Assembly (NCBI RefSeq): GCF_963921235.1
Contig: NC_086109.1
Location: 3,350,001 to 3,414,000, forward strand
Length of the DNA stretch: 64,000 nucleotides
DNA from: Mobula hypostoma
Lineage: Eukaryota
Direction of reading: 5' to 3'
The first letter of the stretch is position 1, and every line of letters begins with the position of its first letter. The notes under the pieces are model-generated. The model was not told the DNA's origin. It worked only from the letters and a program-made list of their open reading frames with translations, and did not search any database. Both the position numbers and the translations under genes were made by a program. Below are positions 12,316 through 25,203 of this stretch, piece by piece.

Positions 12316-13059
12316 CCTACACTACATGTCCTGGGGTGGAAATGTCAAATACTAGAGGGCATAGCTTTCAGCGAGAGAGGGGACACTTAAAGGAGATTTA
12401 CAAGACAATTTTTTTTTATCCTGACGACAGCAGTTAATGATTTGTTGGGGTTGATGTTAGAGCATGAACCGTTGGAGACAAGTCGGCTAATGAATTGTTG
12501 AGGCTGGAGTCAGAACATGAACTGTCAGTTAACGGATTGCCTGATCCGAGTCAGTTCAGGAATTGTGGGGGCCCGGACTCAGAGTAGGTGTCTGGAATGG
12601 TTCGGAGTCAAAGTGAATGCAAATTTATTATCAAAGTATACAATTTATGGCGGGGGAGATGGTGGAAGCCGATATGATAATAATGTTAGGAGACATTTAG
12701 AAAGACACGAGAAGAGACAGAGACAACATCGGGTTAGTTTGGATTGGCATCACAGCCAGCAGAAACATAATGGGCTGAATGACCTGCTCTTGTTGCATGT
12801 TCTACGTTCTACAAGTTTTTGATGAAGTTGAACAAGAGGATGCTGAGAGAGTCTTTCCCCTTGTGGGGGTCTCGGCAACCTGTGGTTGGTTCTCTGATGG
12901 TTTGATGGCTGAGGGATAATAACTGTTCCTGAACGGTGGTGTGGGAACTAAGGTTCCTGTATCTCCTACTTGATGGTAGTAGCAAAAGTAGAGCCTGATC
13001 TGAAGGGTAGGTGTCCTTGGTGATGGATGCTACTGCCAGTGGACAACAAAGTCAATGAC

Positions 13060-13565
13060 AAATGCAAGAATGTCTGCAGATGTTGGAAATCCAGAGTAAC
13101 ACACAAAATGCTGGAGGAACTCAATGGGTCAGGCAGCATCTACAGAAAAGAGTAAACAGTCAATGTTTCGGGCCAAGACCCCTCTTCAGGACTGAGAAGA
13201 AGAGAGGAAGATGCCAGGGGAAAGAGGCTGGCTGAATGGTAATAGGTGAAGCTAGATTGGTGGGAAAAGTCAAGAACTGGAGAAGAAGGAATTTGATTAG
13301 ACAAGCTCCCAGGGAGGGTACGTGTCTCTGGTAGCAGTTCTGGGTGAGCACATGGTAGGAGAGTTGGAGGGCAGTACAGATCTGCTAGCTTCTTTCCCTC
13401 CCCCTTCCCCAGCTTTTTATTCTGGCATCTTGCCCCCTTCCATCTCAGTCCTGAAGAAGGATTTCAGCCCAAAACGTCGACTGTTTACTCTTTTCCATAG
13501 GTGGCCTGCTGAGTTCCTCCAGCATTCTGTGTGTGCATTGCTAACAAATCCAGTGGATTTTCAGT
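13060..13565. mobile_element. Inverted pair of Penelope-like pseudo-LTR fragments
   Basis: Minus copy ~13060-13305 and plus copy ~13385-13565, each with a hammerhead motif (13157-13194 -, 13446-13483 +). Confidence 0.75.
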
Positions 13566-14689
13566 TCTCCTTTCCTTCTCAAACCAAATATTGACAACAT
13601 TAAAACCTCTTCAATTCTTTCGGGCAACAGATGTACATTGGCTTCAGAAAAGGATACAATTGCAAATTTCTTGAATTCTTGAAGTTTTTGGCTCTGCTGA
13701 GCAATGTATGAATTTATTTGATACAGAACCAGAAATTTCCGGCACATTTGACCCATTATGTCCATGTCAGTCAATTTTTTTTCCCTTTTGTGTTTGCATG
13801 ATTTGTTGTCTTTTGTACACTGGTTGCTAGTCTTGTCATGTGTGGTCTTTCGTTGATTCTATCGTGCTTCTTGTATTTACTGTGAGTTCCCACAAGGAAA
13901 TGAATCTCGGTTGTATGTGGTGACATCTATGTACTTTGATAATAAATTTTCTTTGAACTTTAAACTTTAATATAGAGAAAAGGAGGAATTTCTCCTCTCA
14001 GGGGTTGGAAGGGGGGTCTTGATTTTATTGTCATTCCTTGTCCCAAGCAGCTGGGGATATGGAGCCAGTGAATATATTTGAGATTGAGACAGGTAGGTTT
14101 TTAAACAGTGGACAAGTCACAACATTAGTAAAAGTGAGTAAAGATCAAATATGATCCCCTTGGATGACAAACAGGTTCCAGAGACTGTACAGCCCATTCC
14201 CGTCCTCAGTCTGAGCCAAATGTCTTGGGTGGGCTTTCATGAAGTGACGATGATCTTGGTGTGACCCGAGCAAGTGATGTGTTAACACTCAGAAATCACA
14301 CTCCCTACAAATATTTTATGTCATGGCTCAGCACTGAGTGTGCATGACCATAAATATCGCTGCCTTCATTCCTTTCATGCTAATGTCTTTAATAATTGAC
14401 AGTGATTCCCTCTTATAACCACTATAAACAAGCTGCATTGGAAGTTAACAATGAAAATGTGCAAATTAAGTTGGCAAGTGTTTTAATTACAAGCAGTAAA
14501 ATAGCAAAAACCATTTCCCATGTTCCTCTGACAAGTTGCCAGATCTCAGGATACTGAAGTTTCAGCATTTGTTGGATGAGAAACTAAGCCCATTCCAAAT
14601 AAAATATCTGATAAATATAGCCCTTACAGAAAAAATCATTCTTCAACTTTAAACAGAGTTGAAGTTGCCCAGTATTTTATTCTTTTTAT

Positions 14690-14970
14690 TTTATTTGTTG
14701 AGCTACAGCGTGAAACAGGCCCATCAGGCCCTCCTTCCCTTCGAGTCGCTCTGCCCAGCAACCCCCGATTTAACCCTAACCTAATCACAGGGCAATTTAT
14801 AATCACCAGTTAACTTAGCAATGACCGTGGGAGGAAACCAGAGCACCCGGAGGAAACCCGCACGGTTACGGGAGGGACGTATAAACTCCCTACAGGCAGT
14901 CGCGGGAATTGAACCCGGGTCACCTGCACTGTAAAGCGCTGTGCTACCCACTACGCTACCATGCTGCCCA
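14690..14970 (-). mobile_element. V-SINE (HE1-like)
   Basis: tRNA-like head with GGTTCAATTCC B box; V-domain GGGTTTCCTCCGGGTGCTCTGGTTTCCTCCCAC; relatives at 22610-22903, 23790-24042, 37575-37838, 44255-44540. Confidence 0.85.
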
Positions 14971-15476
14971 AAGATGGAACACCTTCATCGAGAGACTGGC
15001 TACGTATTTGTGTGGTACAGAAGATGCAAGGCATCGGACCGCAAGACCTGTCAGAGGACATTAAAAACCGGTGAGAGGATCACCGGGGTCTTCCTCCCCT
15101 CTATTTGACATTAACTGGGTGCTTTGCAGATGGAGGGCCCAAAGCATTGTTGAGGATCCCTATCGCCCACCCCACAATCTCTTTAACCCACTGCCATCAG
15201 GAAGGAGGTTCAGGAACATCTGGATCAGGACTGACAGACTGGGTAACAGCTTCTTCCCTCGTGCTGTGAAACTAATGAATACCCTGCCTTCACTGAAGTC
15301 TCATACCAGGACAACAAACTGTTTATTGCTTACCTGTGTTGTGCATTTTCAATTATATTTTATTAACTTATTTATGGCATAATATTTTGTTTGATGTGTT
15401 GTGTGTGATAAATGTTGTGGGGGTTGTGCACTGCCATTCAGAGGAATGGTGTTTCATTTGATTGTATACAGTATGT

Positions 15477-16014
15477 GTGGAGTGTATGGGATGTCCAGGG
15501 AGGGGTAGGGCCTCTGGTGAAGGGGCTTGTCATGACCAATCTGGGCAGCTCACTCACCTTTGGTCCCCACCGGACTCTCGGCTCTCTCCTGTGGCTCCAA
15601 GTGGCTGTTTGCATGTGACAGCGGCCACACCCTGGTACCCCGCTTCGACAGGCGGGCTAAACCATGTGAGGGTTGCCAGCAGCCTCGTACCCCGGAGAGT
15701 TAGGGACATGCCTTTCCTATCATGTAAAGTCAGTTCTGGTGGCCTGGGCAGATGGGATCTATAGTGAGATCCAACGGCTAGGAAGGTGGTTCTGCAACGC
15801 TCCGTGGAGAGCGAAGGGCATGACAAGGCACAGAAGACATCATGGTCATCCACTGCAACCAAGTACACTCCAATTTGTGACACTCGATTTACCACTGACC
15901 CAGACTTCTGGAGTTGAGAGAGTGGGACTGCCCCAGTGAAATGGTTTTTCCATTTTAAAAACTTTCCTGTAGAGGTTTCTTGTCATCATTGGACACGACA
16001 GGCAACCACCACCA
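15477..16014 (+). mobile_element. RTE-type non-autonomous element, copy 1
   Basis: Homologous to 60635-61125(-); 3' end ggacacgac plus (CCA)n resembles an RTE tail; imperfect TSD atacagtatgt / atacagtctatgt. Confidence 0.75.
15479..15670 (+). ncRNA. Candidate HDV-like ribozyme (degenerate copy)
   Basis: P1 GGAGUGU (15479) or GGGAUGU (15488) / ACACCCU (15627-33); P3 GGC/GCC; L3 UCC..; GG 15634-35; P4 CCGCUU/AGGCGG; G-C15657-UAA; P2 with two mismatches. Confidence 0.5.
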
Positions 16015-16769
16015 TACAGTCTATGTACAGGCAGATGCTAATAAACTTGAACTTGAAAGATCAAAAGACTGGGATGGGGAAAGCATGGGTCTTCCCTCAG
16101 TCCCACCTCCAGACCTGGCTTCCTATGGTGAGGGCAGTCGGTGTTAATGCCTTCATATCTGTTGTGTAGACTTGTTGAAGTGCATTGTTTGCAAGTCCTG
16201 TAATATTGGCTTTGTTGTCCAATTATGATAAATGAGCAACTTGGGTCGGAACGTAACCAAGCAAGATCTCAGTAAGACCTGGGCAAGACTCCGCATTGGG
16301 CTTCTCTCCTCTGGATGAGGGAAACAAATGGTCTCTCTTCCCATAGAGAGGCTGAGATTCAATACCAAATGTGTGCTGGCTTCTGGAAGGTATTTGTAGG
16401 CCAAGACTGATAGGAAATTGAGATGAAACAAAGGTAAACTTAAGACTTTGACTTCTGACCCACAGATGAAGAACAAGGCAGGACAAGGTGTAACTAATTA
16501 CCTTCCACAGCGTTGATTTAAATGTGATAATGTGTGGTGTGCTCCAACTTGATCCTTCCCCAGTGTGAATGCCACCTGAACCAGTTATCCATGCCTCGCA
16601 AACCCAGAGCTGAAGGAGCTGAGAATTGATGTTGGAAGCGTTGGACAGACAGGAGAGGTTCCCCCAGCACTCACTGAGACTGCCTGTGGACCAGCCCAGA
16701 TATTCTGAACCTTGAAGGCACCGCTGTGATCAGATCCCAGTCCTCACCCTCTTAGCACACCCTGCCCAT

Positions 16770-17650
16770 CACACCCACTTACCACATCCACACTCAACAC
16801 CCTATACATCCCACACCTGACATCCAACACTCCTCTGTCCAACATCCAACACTCCCACACCCAAAACTCCACCCTCAACACCCAACACCCTACACATCCC
16901 ACACCCAACACTCTACACATCCCACACCCAACACCCTACACTCCCACGTCCAATATCCAACACTCCCACACCCAAAACTCCACCCTCAACACCCAACACC
17001 CTACACTCCCATGTCCAACATCCAACACTCCCACATCCAAAACTCCACCCTCAGCACCTAACACCCGATACATCCCACACCCAACACCCTACACCCAACA
17101 CTCTCACGTCCAACATCCAACACTCCCACACCCAAAACTCCACCCTCAACACCCAACACCCTAAACATCCCACACCCAACACTCTACACATCCCACACCC
17201 AACACCCTACACATCCCACACCCAACACCCTACACCCAACACTCTCACATCCAACATCCAACACTCCAACACCCAAAACTCCACCCTCAACACCTAACAC
17301 CCAACACATCCCACACCCAACACTTCCACACCCAAAACTCCACCCTCAACACCTAACACCCAACACATCTCACACCCAACACCCTACACATCCCATACCC
17401 ACTCACCACAGCCACACCCAAACCTCCACACTCAACACCCAACACCTTACACTCCCACATGCAACACCCTACATCCCCACAGCCAACACAACACCCCTAC
17501 CACATACCTTACACTCAATCCACATTCTACACCTCACACTCAACCTAACACCTCTGGCCTAACACACACCCCACAATCCATGCTCACCCCAAAACCCATA
17601 CCCTAAACCCCACCCTCATCTCATACCCCGCACCTCCACACCCCAAATCT
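16770..17650. repeat. C/A-rich compound minisatellite
   Basis: Units such as acacccaacaccctacacatccc and caacactcccacacccaaaactccaccctc in higher-order repeats. Confidence 0.95.
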
Positions 17651-17742
17651 GCTCTACAGACTAGCCTGACATCATATCCCAAACCCAATCCAGCTGTGGT
17701 CCAGTGAAACGTTGTTTGGTTTGGTTGTATATATGTAGAGTC

Positions 17743-18045
17743 AGTGGGCACGTGGCCAAGTGGTTAAGGCATTGGACTAGCGACCTGAAGTTGTGAGTTC
17801 GAGTCCCAGCTGAGGGAAAGTGTTGTGTCTTGAGCAAGGTACCTAACCATACATTGTTCTGCGACGACACTGGTGCCAAGCTGTATGGGTCCTAATGCCC
17901 TTCGCTTGGACAACATCGGTGTCGTGGGAGACGTGCAGCATGGGCAACTGACGGTCTTCCATACAACCTTGCCCAGGCCTGCGCCCTGGAGAGTGAAGAC
18001 TTTCCAGGCACAGATCCATGGTCTCGCAAGACTGACGGATGCCTA
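17743..18045 (+). mobile_element. tRNA-derived SINE (CORE-like middle)
   Basis: gggcacgtggccaagtggttaaggc..gttcgagtccc head; ttgagcaagg segment; same family as 9515-9828 and 24155-24457. Confidence 0.85.
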
Positions 18046-19114
18046 TAATGTAGAGTCAGATGACGTTGTAGTGTCTCTGCAGGAAGGAAAAGCAGAGATA
18101 TTTCAAGGGACTGCAAACATCAAGGGTTCCACGTGGATTTGAAGGGAGATCCCCAACTGTGGATAATGTTGATGTGGGTGAGGGGGCGCCTCATCTGACC
18201 AGGTTTGTGGTAGCTTCCACTGGAAACTACAGTGATTGGGATTCTGTTTACTGACCTCTAGACTGGCAGAAACATGTACTGTTTCGTTGGTGAAAGTTTA
18301 ACACTGGATAAAGTCAATGCTTGATGAATTATATATCAATTTGTTCACTAAATCGACAACAGATGAATGTTCACCACAGACGTCTCATTCTAGTTTGGAT
18401 AATGATCCTGCGAGTCTCCTTTGCTTCTTTGTGGATGATCACAAGCCGTGTGCTGTCGGAACGTTGGAAGGATTGTTTAATTCCACCCATGGCGTCTCCT
18501 GGAGGGGAGGGTGATCCTTCATGCTTTCATGAAGTGATGCTTTTTTCCAACGTTGATCTTTTTTTTACTGAAATTGTAGTCAACGTTTGGACATTTCTGT
18601 TTTTAGTTGAAGGATTTTCCAATTACTACTGTGCCTGAAAGTGACAGTGGCATCTTTACTGCTATAAACGTCCTTAAGCTGTCTCTATTCCCACCATCCG
18701 GACCCCTTTGGGAACATAAAAACGAACATTACAGCAGAGTCTGGATTGTAGGCAGCAGCAGGGTGATGAATGAAATGCAAGTTGGCTGCTTCTGAGCATC
18801 AGAATGTTGCTTTGCGACAAAATGACTGCTGGAGTTGAGGGGTGAAGTTTACAAAGGAAACAGTCTGATGCTCTGATTGGCATCACGATGCTTCCCCTTT
18901 CTCTCATGCTCTGGGGAACAATGGCTGCAACCCTCAGTGCTGAGAGAGTGAGAGGAATTCAGTTCAGAGACAAAGGGGCAGCGGTTTGTAGGGGTTTTAA
19001 AGAGAATTTTGTCCTATGAAACACAGGGGTTATTTGGACAAGAATAATGTGTATGCCCCCATTTAGAATAAGGAGTTGAGGCTGTATCGAAGCTGGTAAT
19101 TTTGATCTCAGACC

Positions 19115-20830
19115 TCAGAAGGCATACAAGAGCAAAGTAGATCAGCTGGTTGAGTGATGTTTCAGCAACAACCTCGCACTCGATCAATGTCAGAAAGAAT
19201 TGATGTAGACTTCAGAAAGGGTAAGACAAGGAACACACAACAATCCTCATGGAGGGATCAGAAGTGGAAAAGGTGATCATTTTCAGGTACTTGAGTGTCT
19301 ATCCTGGCCAAACATATTGAGGCAGTTATAAAAGCATGCCAGTGGCTATATTTCATTGGGAGTTTAAGGAGATTTGGTATGTCACCAAAGGTACTCGCAT
19401 ATGTCTACAGATGCACCGTGCAGGGCTGCATCACCGACTGGTATGGAGGTTAAGCTGCAGAGAGTTGTAAACTCAGCCAGCTCCATCGTGGCCACTAGCT
19501 TCTCCAGCATTCAGGACATCTTCAAGGAGCAATGCCTCTGCTCTCTATACCCATGACTGTGTGGCCAGGCACAGCTCAAATACCATCTACAAATTTGCTG
19601 ACAATACAGCCATTGTTGGTAGAATCTCAGGTGGTGACGAGAGGTTGTACAGGAGTGAGATATGCCAACTAGTGGAGTGGTGTCACAGCAACAACCTGGC
19701 ACTCAACGTCAGTAAGATGGAAGAGCTGATTGTGGACTTCAGGACGGGTAAGATGAAGGAACACATACCAATCCTCACAGAGGGATCAGAAGTGGAGAGA
19801 GTGAGCAGCTCCAAGTTCCTGGGTGTCAACATCTCTGAGGATCTAACCTGGTTCCAACATATCGATGTAGTTATAAACAAGACAAGACAGCAGCTATACT
19901 TCATGAGGAGTTTGAAGAGTTTTGGCATGTCAACAAATACACTCAAACACTTCTTAATTGTACTGTGGAGAGCATTCTGACAGGCTGCATCACTGTCTGG
20001 TATGGGGGGGCTACTGCACAGGACCGAAAGAAGCTGCAGAGGGTTGTAAATTTAGTCGGCTCTATCTTGGGTACTAGCCTGCAAAGTACCCAGGATATCT
20101 TTAGTGAATGGTGTCTCAGAAATGTGATTAAAGACCTCCAGCACCCAGGGCATGCCCTTTTCTCACTGTTACCATCAGGTAGGAGGTACAGAAGCCTGAA
20201 GACACACACTCAACAATTCAGGAACAGCTTCTTCCCCTCAGTCATCCGATTCCTAAATGGACATTGAACCCATGAACACTACCTCACTTTTTTAATATAC
20301 AATAATTTCTGTTTTTTGCATGAATTTTAATCTATGCAATATATGTATACTGTAATTGATTTACTTATTTATTTTTTATTATTATTATTTTATTTAGTTT
20401 TTTTTCTCTGCTATATTATGTATTGCATTGAACTGCTGCTGCTAAGTTAACAAATTTCATGTCACATGCTGGTGATAATAAACCTGATTCTGATTCAAAA
20501 AGGTGACACCCATCATTAAGGACCCCCATCACCCAGCACACACCCTCTTCTCATTGCTACCATCAGGGAGGAGATACAGGAGCCTGAAGGCACACACTCA
20601 ACGATTCAGGAACAGCTTCTTCTCCTCTGCTGTCAGATTTCGGAACGGATATTGAACCCATAAACACACCTCACTACTTTTTTCCTCTCTTTTTCCACTA
20701 CTTAATTTAATTTTTAAAATTTATATTTTTTAACTGTAAATATACATATATTTACTGTTTTTATTACAATGCACTGCTGCCACATAACAACAAATTTCAT
20801 GACATATGCCAGTGATATTAAATCTGATTG
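19115..20830 (+). mobile_element. Rex1/Babar-like LINE: younger 3' copy (~19535-20495) nested in an older copy
   Basis: ORFs 19561..19980 (YKFADNTAIVGRISGGDE..KFLGVNISEDLTW) and 19965..20267 separated by a frameshift; older copy resumes at ~20497. Confidence 0.85.
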
Positions 20831-21307
20831 AGTGTTCTGCGAGAGATAGAGACTGTGTGATGGTGTTATCTGCACTGCACATACTCTGACTGCTGTTCCT
20901 CTGGTTTTCAGTTTGGTGATCCATATAAGTGCAGTGAAATTGAGAATTTCAACACTGGATTGACAGAGGTCACCAGTTCTGTTGTGTGTGACACCTCACC
21001 CTCGGCTAATATCTGAGCTTCTGCACCCAAACTTTGCCCTGAACCCAACAGCCTTTAGTCGCATGAGTGAGTTATTTGGGAAAGTTGAAGAGACCTTGTT
21101 GCAATGTTACAACGTCTCTTGGATCTCACCAGAGGCAAGCCTGACACCTAAATTAACACCATCAAGGCAGATTACCTGCTCACTTTTCTTTGCTGGTAGC
21201 GGGATCTTGCTGTGTTGCTGGAATTCCTACACTTCGGAAGTACATCACTGGTTCTGAAGTGCTAGCAACATCCTGCAAGCTGCTTCATAAATGCAGACTT
21301 TTCCATC

Positions 21308-21840
21308 AGACCATGAAACCAGAAGACACAAGAGCAGAATTAGGCCATTTAGCCCTTCGAGTCAGCTCTGCCAATCATCATGGCTGATTTATTTTCCCCT
21401 TCAACCCCATTGTCCTGTCTTCTCCTCATAACCCGTGATGCCCTTATTAATTAAGTACCGATCAACCTCTGCTTTAAGTATGCCCAGTGACCTGGCCTCC
21501 ACTGTTGTCCGTGGCAATGAATTCCACAGATTCGCCACCCTTTGGCGAAAGAAATTCATCCTCATCTCCATTCTAAAGAACAAATTTTTCATTCTGAAGC
21601 ATTTTGAGTTACATCATCTATATGAAAAGTGTTCTGTAAATATAGATATTATTATTCTTTATTACTAAAAGCACGCACCTCCATCTATTTTAAGGCTGTG
21701 CTCCCTGGTCCTACACTCTCCCACTATTGGAAAAACCCTCTCCAGGTCCACTCTAACTCAGCTTTTCAATATTTGATAGCTTTCAATGAGATCCCCCCTC
21801 GTTCTTCTAAACTCTGAGGAGTACAGGCCCAGAACAATCA
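21308..21840 (-). mobile_element. CR1/HER1-like LINE 3' end
   Basis: NFFRQRVANLWNSLPRTTVEARSLGILKAEVDRYL. Confidence 0.8.
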
Positions 21841-21844
21841 AACA

Positions 21845-22300
21845 CTGGCCAAACATTTTAATTCCCATTCCCATTCCAACGTGTCGGTCCATGGACTCCT
21901 CTTGTGCCGAGATGAGGCCACCCTCAGGTGGAGGAGCAACACTTTATAATTCCGTCTGGGTAGGCCCCAATCTAATGGCATGAATATCGATTTCCCTCCC
22001 CCTCCACTCTTCTTTTATCCTCCACCTCTTACCTCTTCAAAATTCTTCTCAGCTCCTGCTAGGTCCCCTCCTCCTTCCCTGTCTCCCATAGTCCACTCTC
22101 CTCTCCTATTGGATTCCTTCTTCTCCAGTCCACTTGCCTTCACCTCTCACCTCCTTTCCTTCCCACCACCTTTTTATTTCTGACTTCTTCCCCCTTCTTT
22201 TCCAGTCCTGAGGAAGAGTCACTGCCTGAAACGTCGACTGTTCCCTCAGCATTTTGTGGATTCTCCAGATTTTCAGCATTTGCAGACTTTCTCATGTTTA
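21845..22300 (+). mobile_element. Penelope-like 3' fragment with hammerhead motif at 22203-22240
   Basis: GIY-YIG tail remnant followed by CAGUC-CUGAGGA..GAAACGUC-GACUG. Confidence 0.75.
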
Positions 22301-22609
22301 ACCCTTTCATCCCTGGGATCACTCATAAACCTCCTCTAGACCCTCTCCTTTTTCAAAAGGAGAAAGGGAAGGGAAACTGGGAGGTACTCTGTATATTTCA
22401 TGTAAAAACCTAAAGATGAGATTAACATCAGAAGTTCTTGCCTTTCCTGATCTGCTTGGCTAATTTAGACAAAGCTAAATGCCGGTAATTTGGTTATCCT
22501 GATGGCCCCAAATGATATGTTTCATTTTCTGGAACGTACTTCATTGTTTCCAGAGTAAGTCAAATCTGTTCTGATTGAATTTGATTTGTTGTGTATCTAC
22601 CTATTTATC

Positions 22610-22903
22610 TATTTATCTATTTAGTGACACAGTGCGGGGTAGACCCTTTGAGCCCTTCGAGCCATTCCACCCTGGCGCCCCTGACAAACCCTATTAACCC
22701 TAACCTAATCACTGGACGATTTAACCCACCCGGTACGTCTTCGGCCAGTGGGAGGAAACCGGAAGTCTCTCAGAAAACCCGTGCATTCCACGGGGAGGAC
22801 GTTCAGAGACTCCTTACCGAACGGCACTGGAATTGCACTCTGAACTCCAGAACATTCCGAGCTGTAATAACGTTGTGCTAACCACTACACTACAGTGGCA
22901 CCC
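22610..22903 (-). mobile_element. V-SINE (HE1-like)
   Basis: tgggaggaaaccggaag..aaaacccg V-domain; (ATTT)n tail on the + strand. Confidence 0.75.
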
Positions 22904-23131
22904 ATCCACCAAGCCCAGTGATCGGAAGCTGGAGGTGAACTCAATGAGAGAGCCAGTCAATGTTATCTGGATGAGACTTAATCAACTGTGACTCTAGCGA
23001 GCTCCATCCCATGGTGGCCTCATCAATCCAGCCTTGCTGTCATCCTGACCAACAAAAGGTCAAAAACCCACGTCCTGACTAAACCGCACAACCTCAGGAG
23101 CTAGCAGTATCCCGGCTCTCTGTCGGTGATC

Positions 23132-23597
23132 AGTTACAAGAATGTTGCCTGGGTTGGGGAGCATGCCTTTTGAGAATAGGTTGAGTGAACTCGGCCTTTT
23201 CTCCTTGGAGCGACGGAGGATGAGAGGTGACCTGATAGAGGTGTGTAAGATGATGAGAGGCATTGATCGTGTGGATAGTCAGAGGCTTTTTCCCTGGGCT
23301 GAAATGGTTGCCACAAGAGGACACAGGTTTAAGGTGCTTGGGAGTAGGTGCAGAGGAGATGTCAGTGGTAAGTTTTTTACTCAGAGAGTGGTGAGTGTGT
23401 GGAATGGGCTGCCGGCAACGGTGGTGGAGGTGGATACAATAGGGTCTTTTAAGAGACTTTTGGATCGGTGCATGGAGCTTAGAAAAATAGAGGGCTACGG
23501 GTAAGCCTAGTAATTTCTAAGGTAAGGACATGGTCGGCACAACTTTGTGGGCTGAAGGGCCTGTATTGTGCTGTGGGTTTTCTATGTTTCTATGTTT
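23132..23597 (+). mobile_element. CR1/HER1-like LINE 3' end, relatively young
   Basis: Open ORF 23142..23504 LGLFSLERRRMRGDLIEV..FFTQRVVSVWNGLP; TTTCTATG tail. Confidence 0.9.
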
Positions 23598-24154
23598 ACC
23601 AAGAGACTGGATTCGTCAATCATCCCACTCGAACTTGTGTTGTCCACCTTCCCTCCACTCTGAGCCCTCAGGAATGGCACACTTTCTCTCACATTTTTCT
23701 GCCCCCAGTCCTAGCCTGCCCAGAGTCTGATCTCCTGAAGCTGAGCTCCAGATGGAAGCAGAAAGGAAGTTTTGTTTTTAATTTATTTATTTAGTGAGAT
23801 ACAGTGTGGAGTAGGCCCTTCTGGCCCTTTGAACCATGCTAGCCAGAAATCCCTCAATTTAATCCTAGCTTAATTGCAAGACAATTTGCAACGACCAATT
23901 AACCTACCAGCCAGCACGTCTTTGGACTGTGAGAGGAAATGGAAGCACCCAGAGTAAACCCACCCAGTCATGGGGAGAACATGCATATTCCATACAGGCT
24001 GCCGCTGCAATTGAAACCAGGTTGACTGTACTGTAAAGCGCTCAGAATCAGGTTTCTTATAGCTGACAAATGTCCTGAACCTTGTTGTTTTGTGGCAGCA
24101 GTACAGTGCAATACATATGAATTACTATAAAAATACATACTGTATGTATATGTG

Positions 24155-24457
24155 TTGGCATATGGCCAACTGGTTAAGGCGTCAGTCTAGTGATCTGAAG
24201 GTCGTGAGTTCGAGCCTCAGCTGAGGCAGCATGTTGTGTCCTTGAGTAAGGCACTTAACCACACATTGCTCTGCAATGACACCAGTGCCAAGCTGTATCG
24301 GCCCTAGTGCCCTTCCCTCGGACAACATCAGTGCCGTGGAGAGGGAAGACTTGCAGCATGGGCAACTGCTGGTCTTTCATACAACCTTGCACAGGTCTGC
24401 GCCCAGGAAATCTTCCAAGGAGCAAATCCATGGTCTCACGAGACTAACGGGTGCCTA
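24155..24457 (+). mobile_element. tRNA-derived SINE (CORE-like middle)
   Basis: tggccaactggttaaggcg..gttcgagcct..gtccttgagtaaggcacttaacc. Confidence 0.85.
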
Positions 24458-24467
24458 GTTTTTATAT

Positions 24468-25203
24468 ATAAGACCATAAGACCATAAGACAAAGGAGCAG
24501 AAATCAGCCATTCGGACCATCAAGTCTGCTCCGCCATTTTATCATGAGCTGATCCATTCTCCCATTTAGTCCCACTGCCCTGCCTTCTCACCATAACCTT
24601 TGATGCCCTGGCTACTCAGATACCTATCAATCTCTGCCTTAAATACGCCCAATAACTTGGCCGCCATGGCCGCCCGTGGCAACAAATTCCATAGATTCAC
24701 CATCCTCTGGCTAAAAAAATTTCTTCACATTTCTGTTCTGAATGGGCACCCTTCAATCCTTAAGTCACGCCCTCTCCCCCATCATGGGAAACAACTTTGC
24801 CACATCCACTCTGTCCATGCCTTTCAACATTCGAAATGTTTCTATGAGGTCTCCCCTCATTCTTCTAAACTCCAAGGAATACAGTCCAAGAGCGGACAAA
24901 CGTTCCTCATATGTTAATCCTCTCATTCCCGGAATCATTGTAGTGAATCTTCTCAGTACCCTCTCCAACGTCAGCACATCCTTTCTTAAATAAGGAGACC
25001 AAAACTGCCCACAGTACTCCAAGTGAGGTCTCACCAGCACCTTATAGAGCCTCAACATCACATCTCTGCTCCTATACTCTATTCCTCTAGAAATGAATGC
25101 CAACATTGCATTCGCCTTCTTCACCACCAACTAAACCTGGAGGTTAACCTTAAGGGTATCCTGTACGAGGACTCCCAAGTCCTGTTGCACCTCAGAACTT
25201 TGA
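24468..25203 (-). mobile_element. CR1/HER1-like LINE 3' end
   Basis: ORF 24765..25130(-): KKANAMLAFISRGIEYRSRDVMLRLYKVLVRPHLEYCGQFWSPYL; (AGACCATA)n tail. Confidence 0.9.

Larger units (their letters stand above)
14980..16058 (+). mobile_element. Rex1/Babar-like LINE 3' end hosting an RTE-type insert
   Basis: AQSIVEDPYRPPHNLFNPLPSGRRFRNI..LGNSFFPRAVKLMN; tail aataaacttgaacttgaa at ~16040. Confidence 0.7.

Noticed and set aside
17743..17815. tRNA gene
   Set aside because: tRNA-like head continues into a SINE body present three times in the window; no terminator after the tRNA-like part
18300..18640. Minus-strand coding exon after ctgtcactttcag
   Set aside because: Stop codons in all three frames shortly after the acceptor; no recognisable protein
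19561..20267. Functional reverse transcriptase gene
   Set aside because: 5'-truncated and frameshifted, with the catalytic motif reading FADN; a LINE remnant
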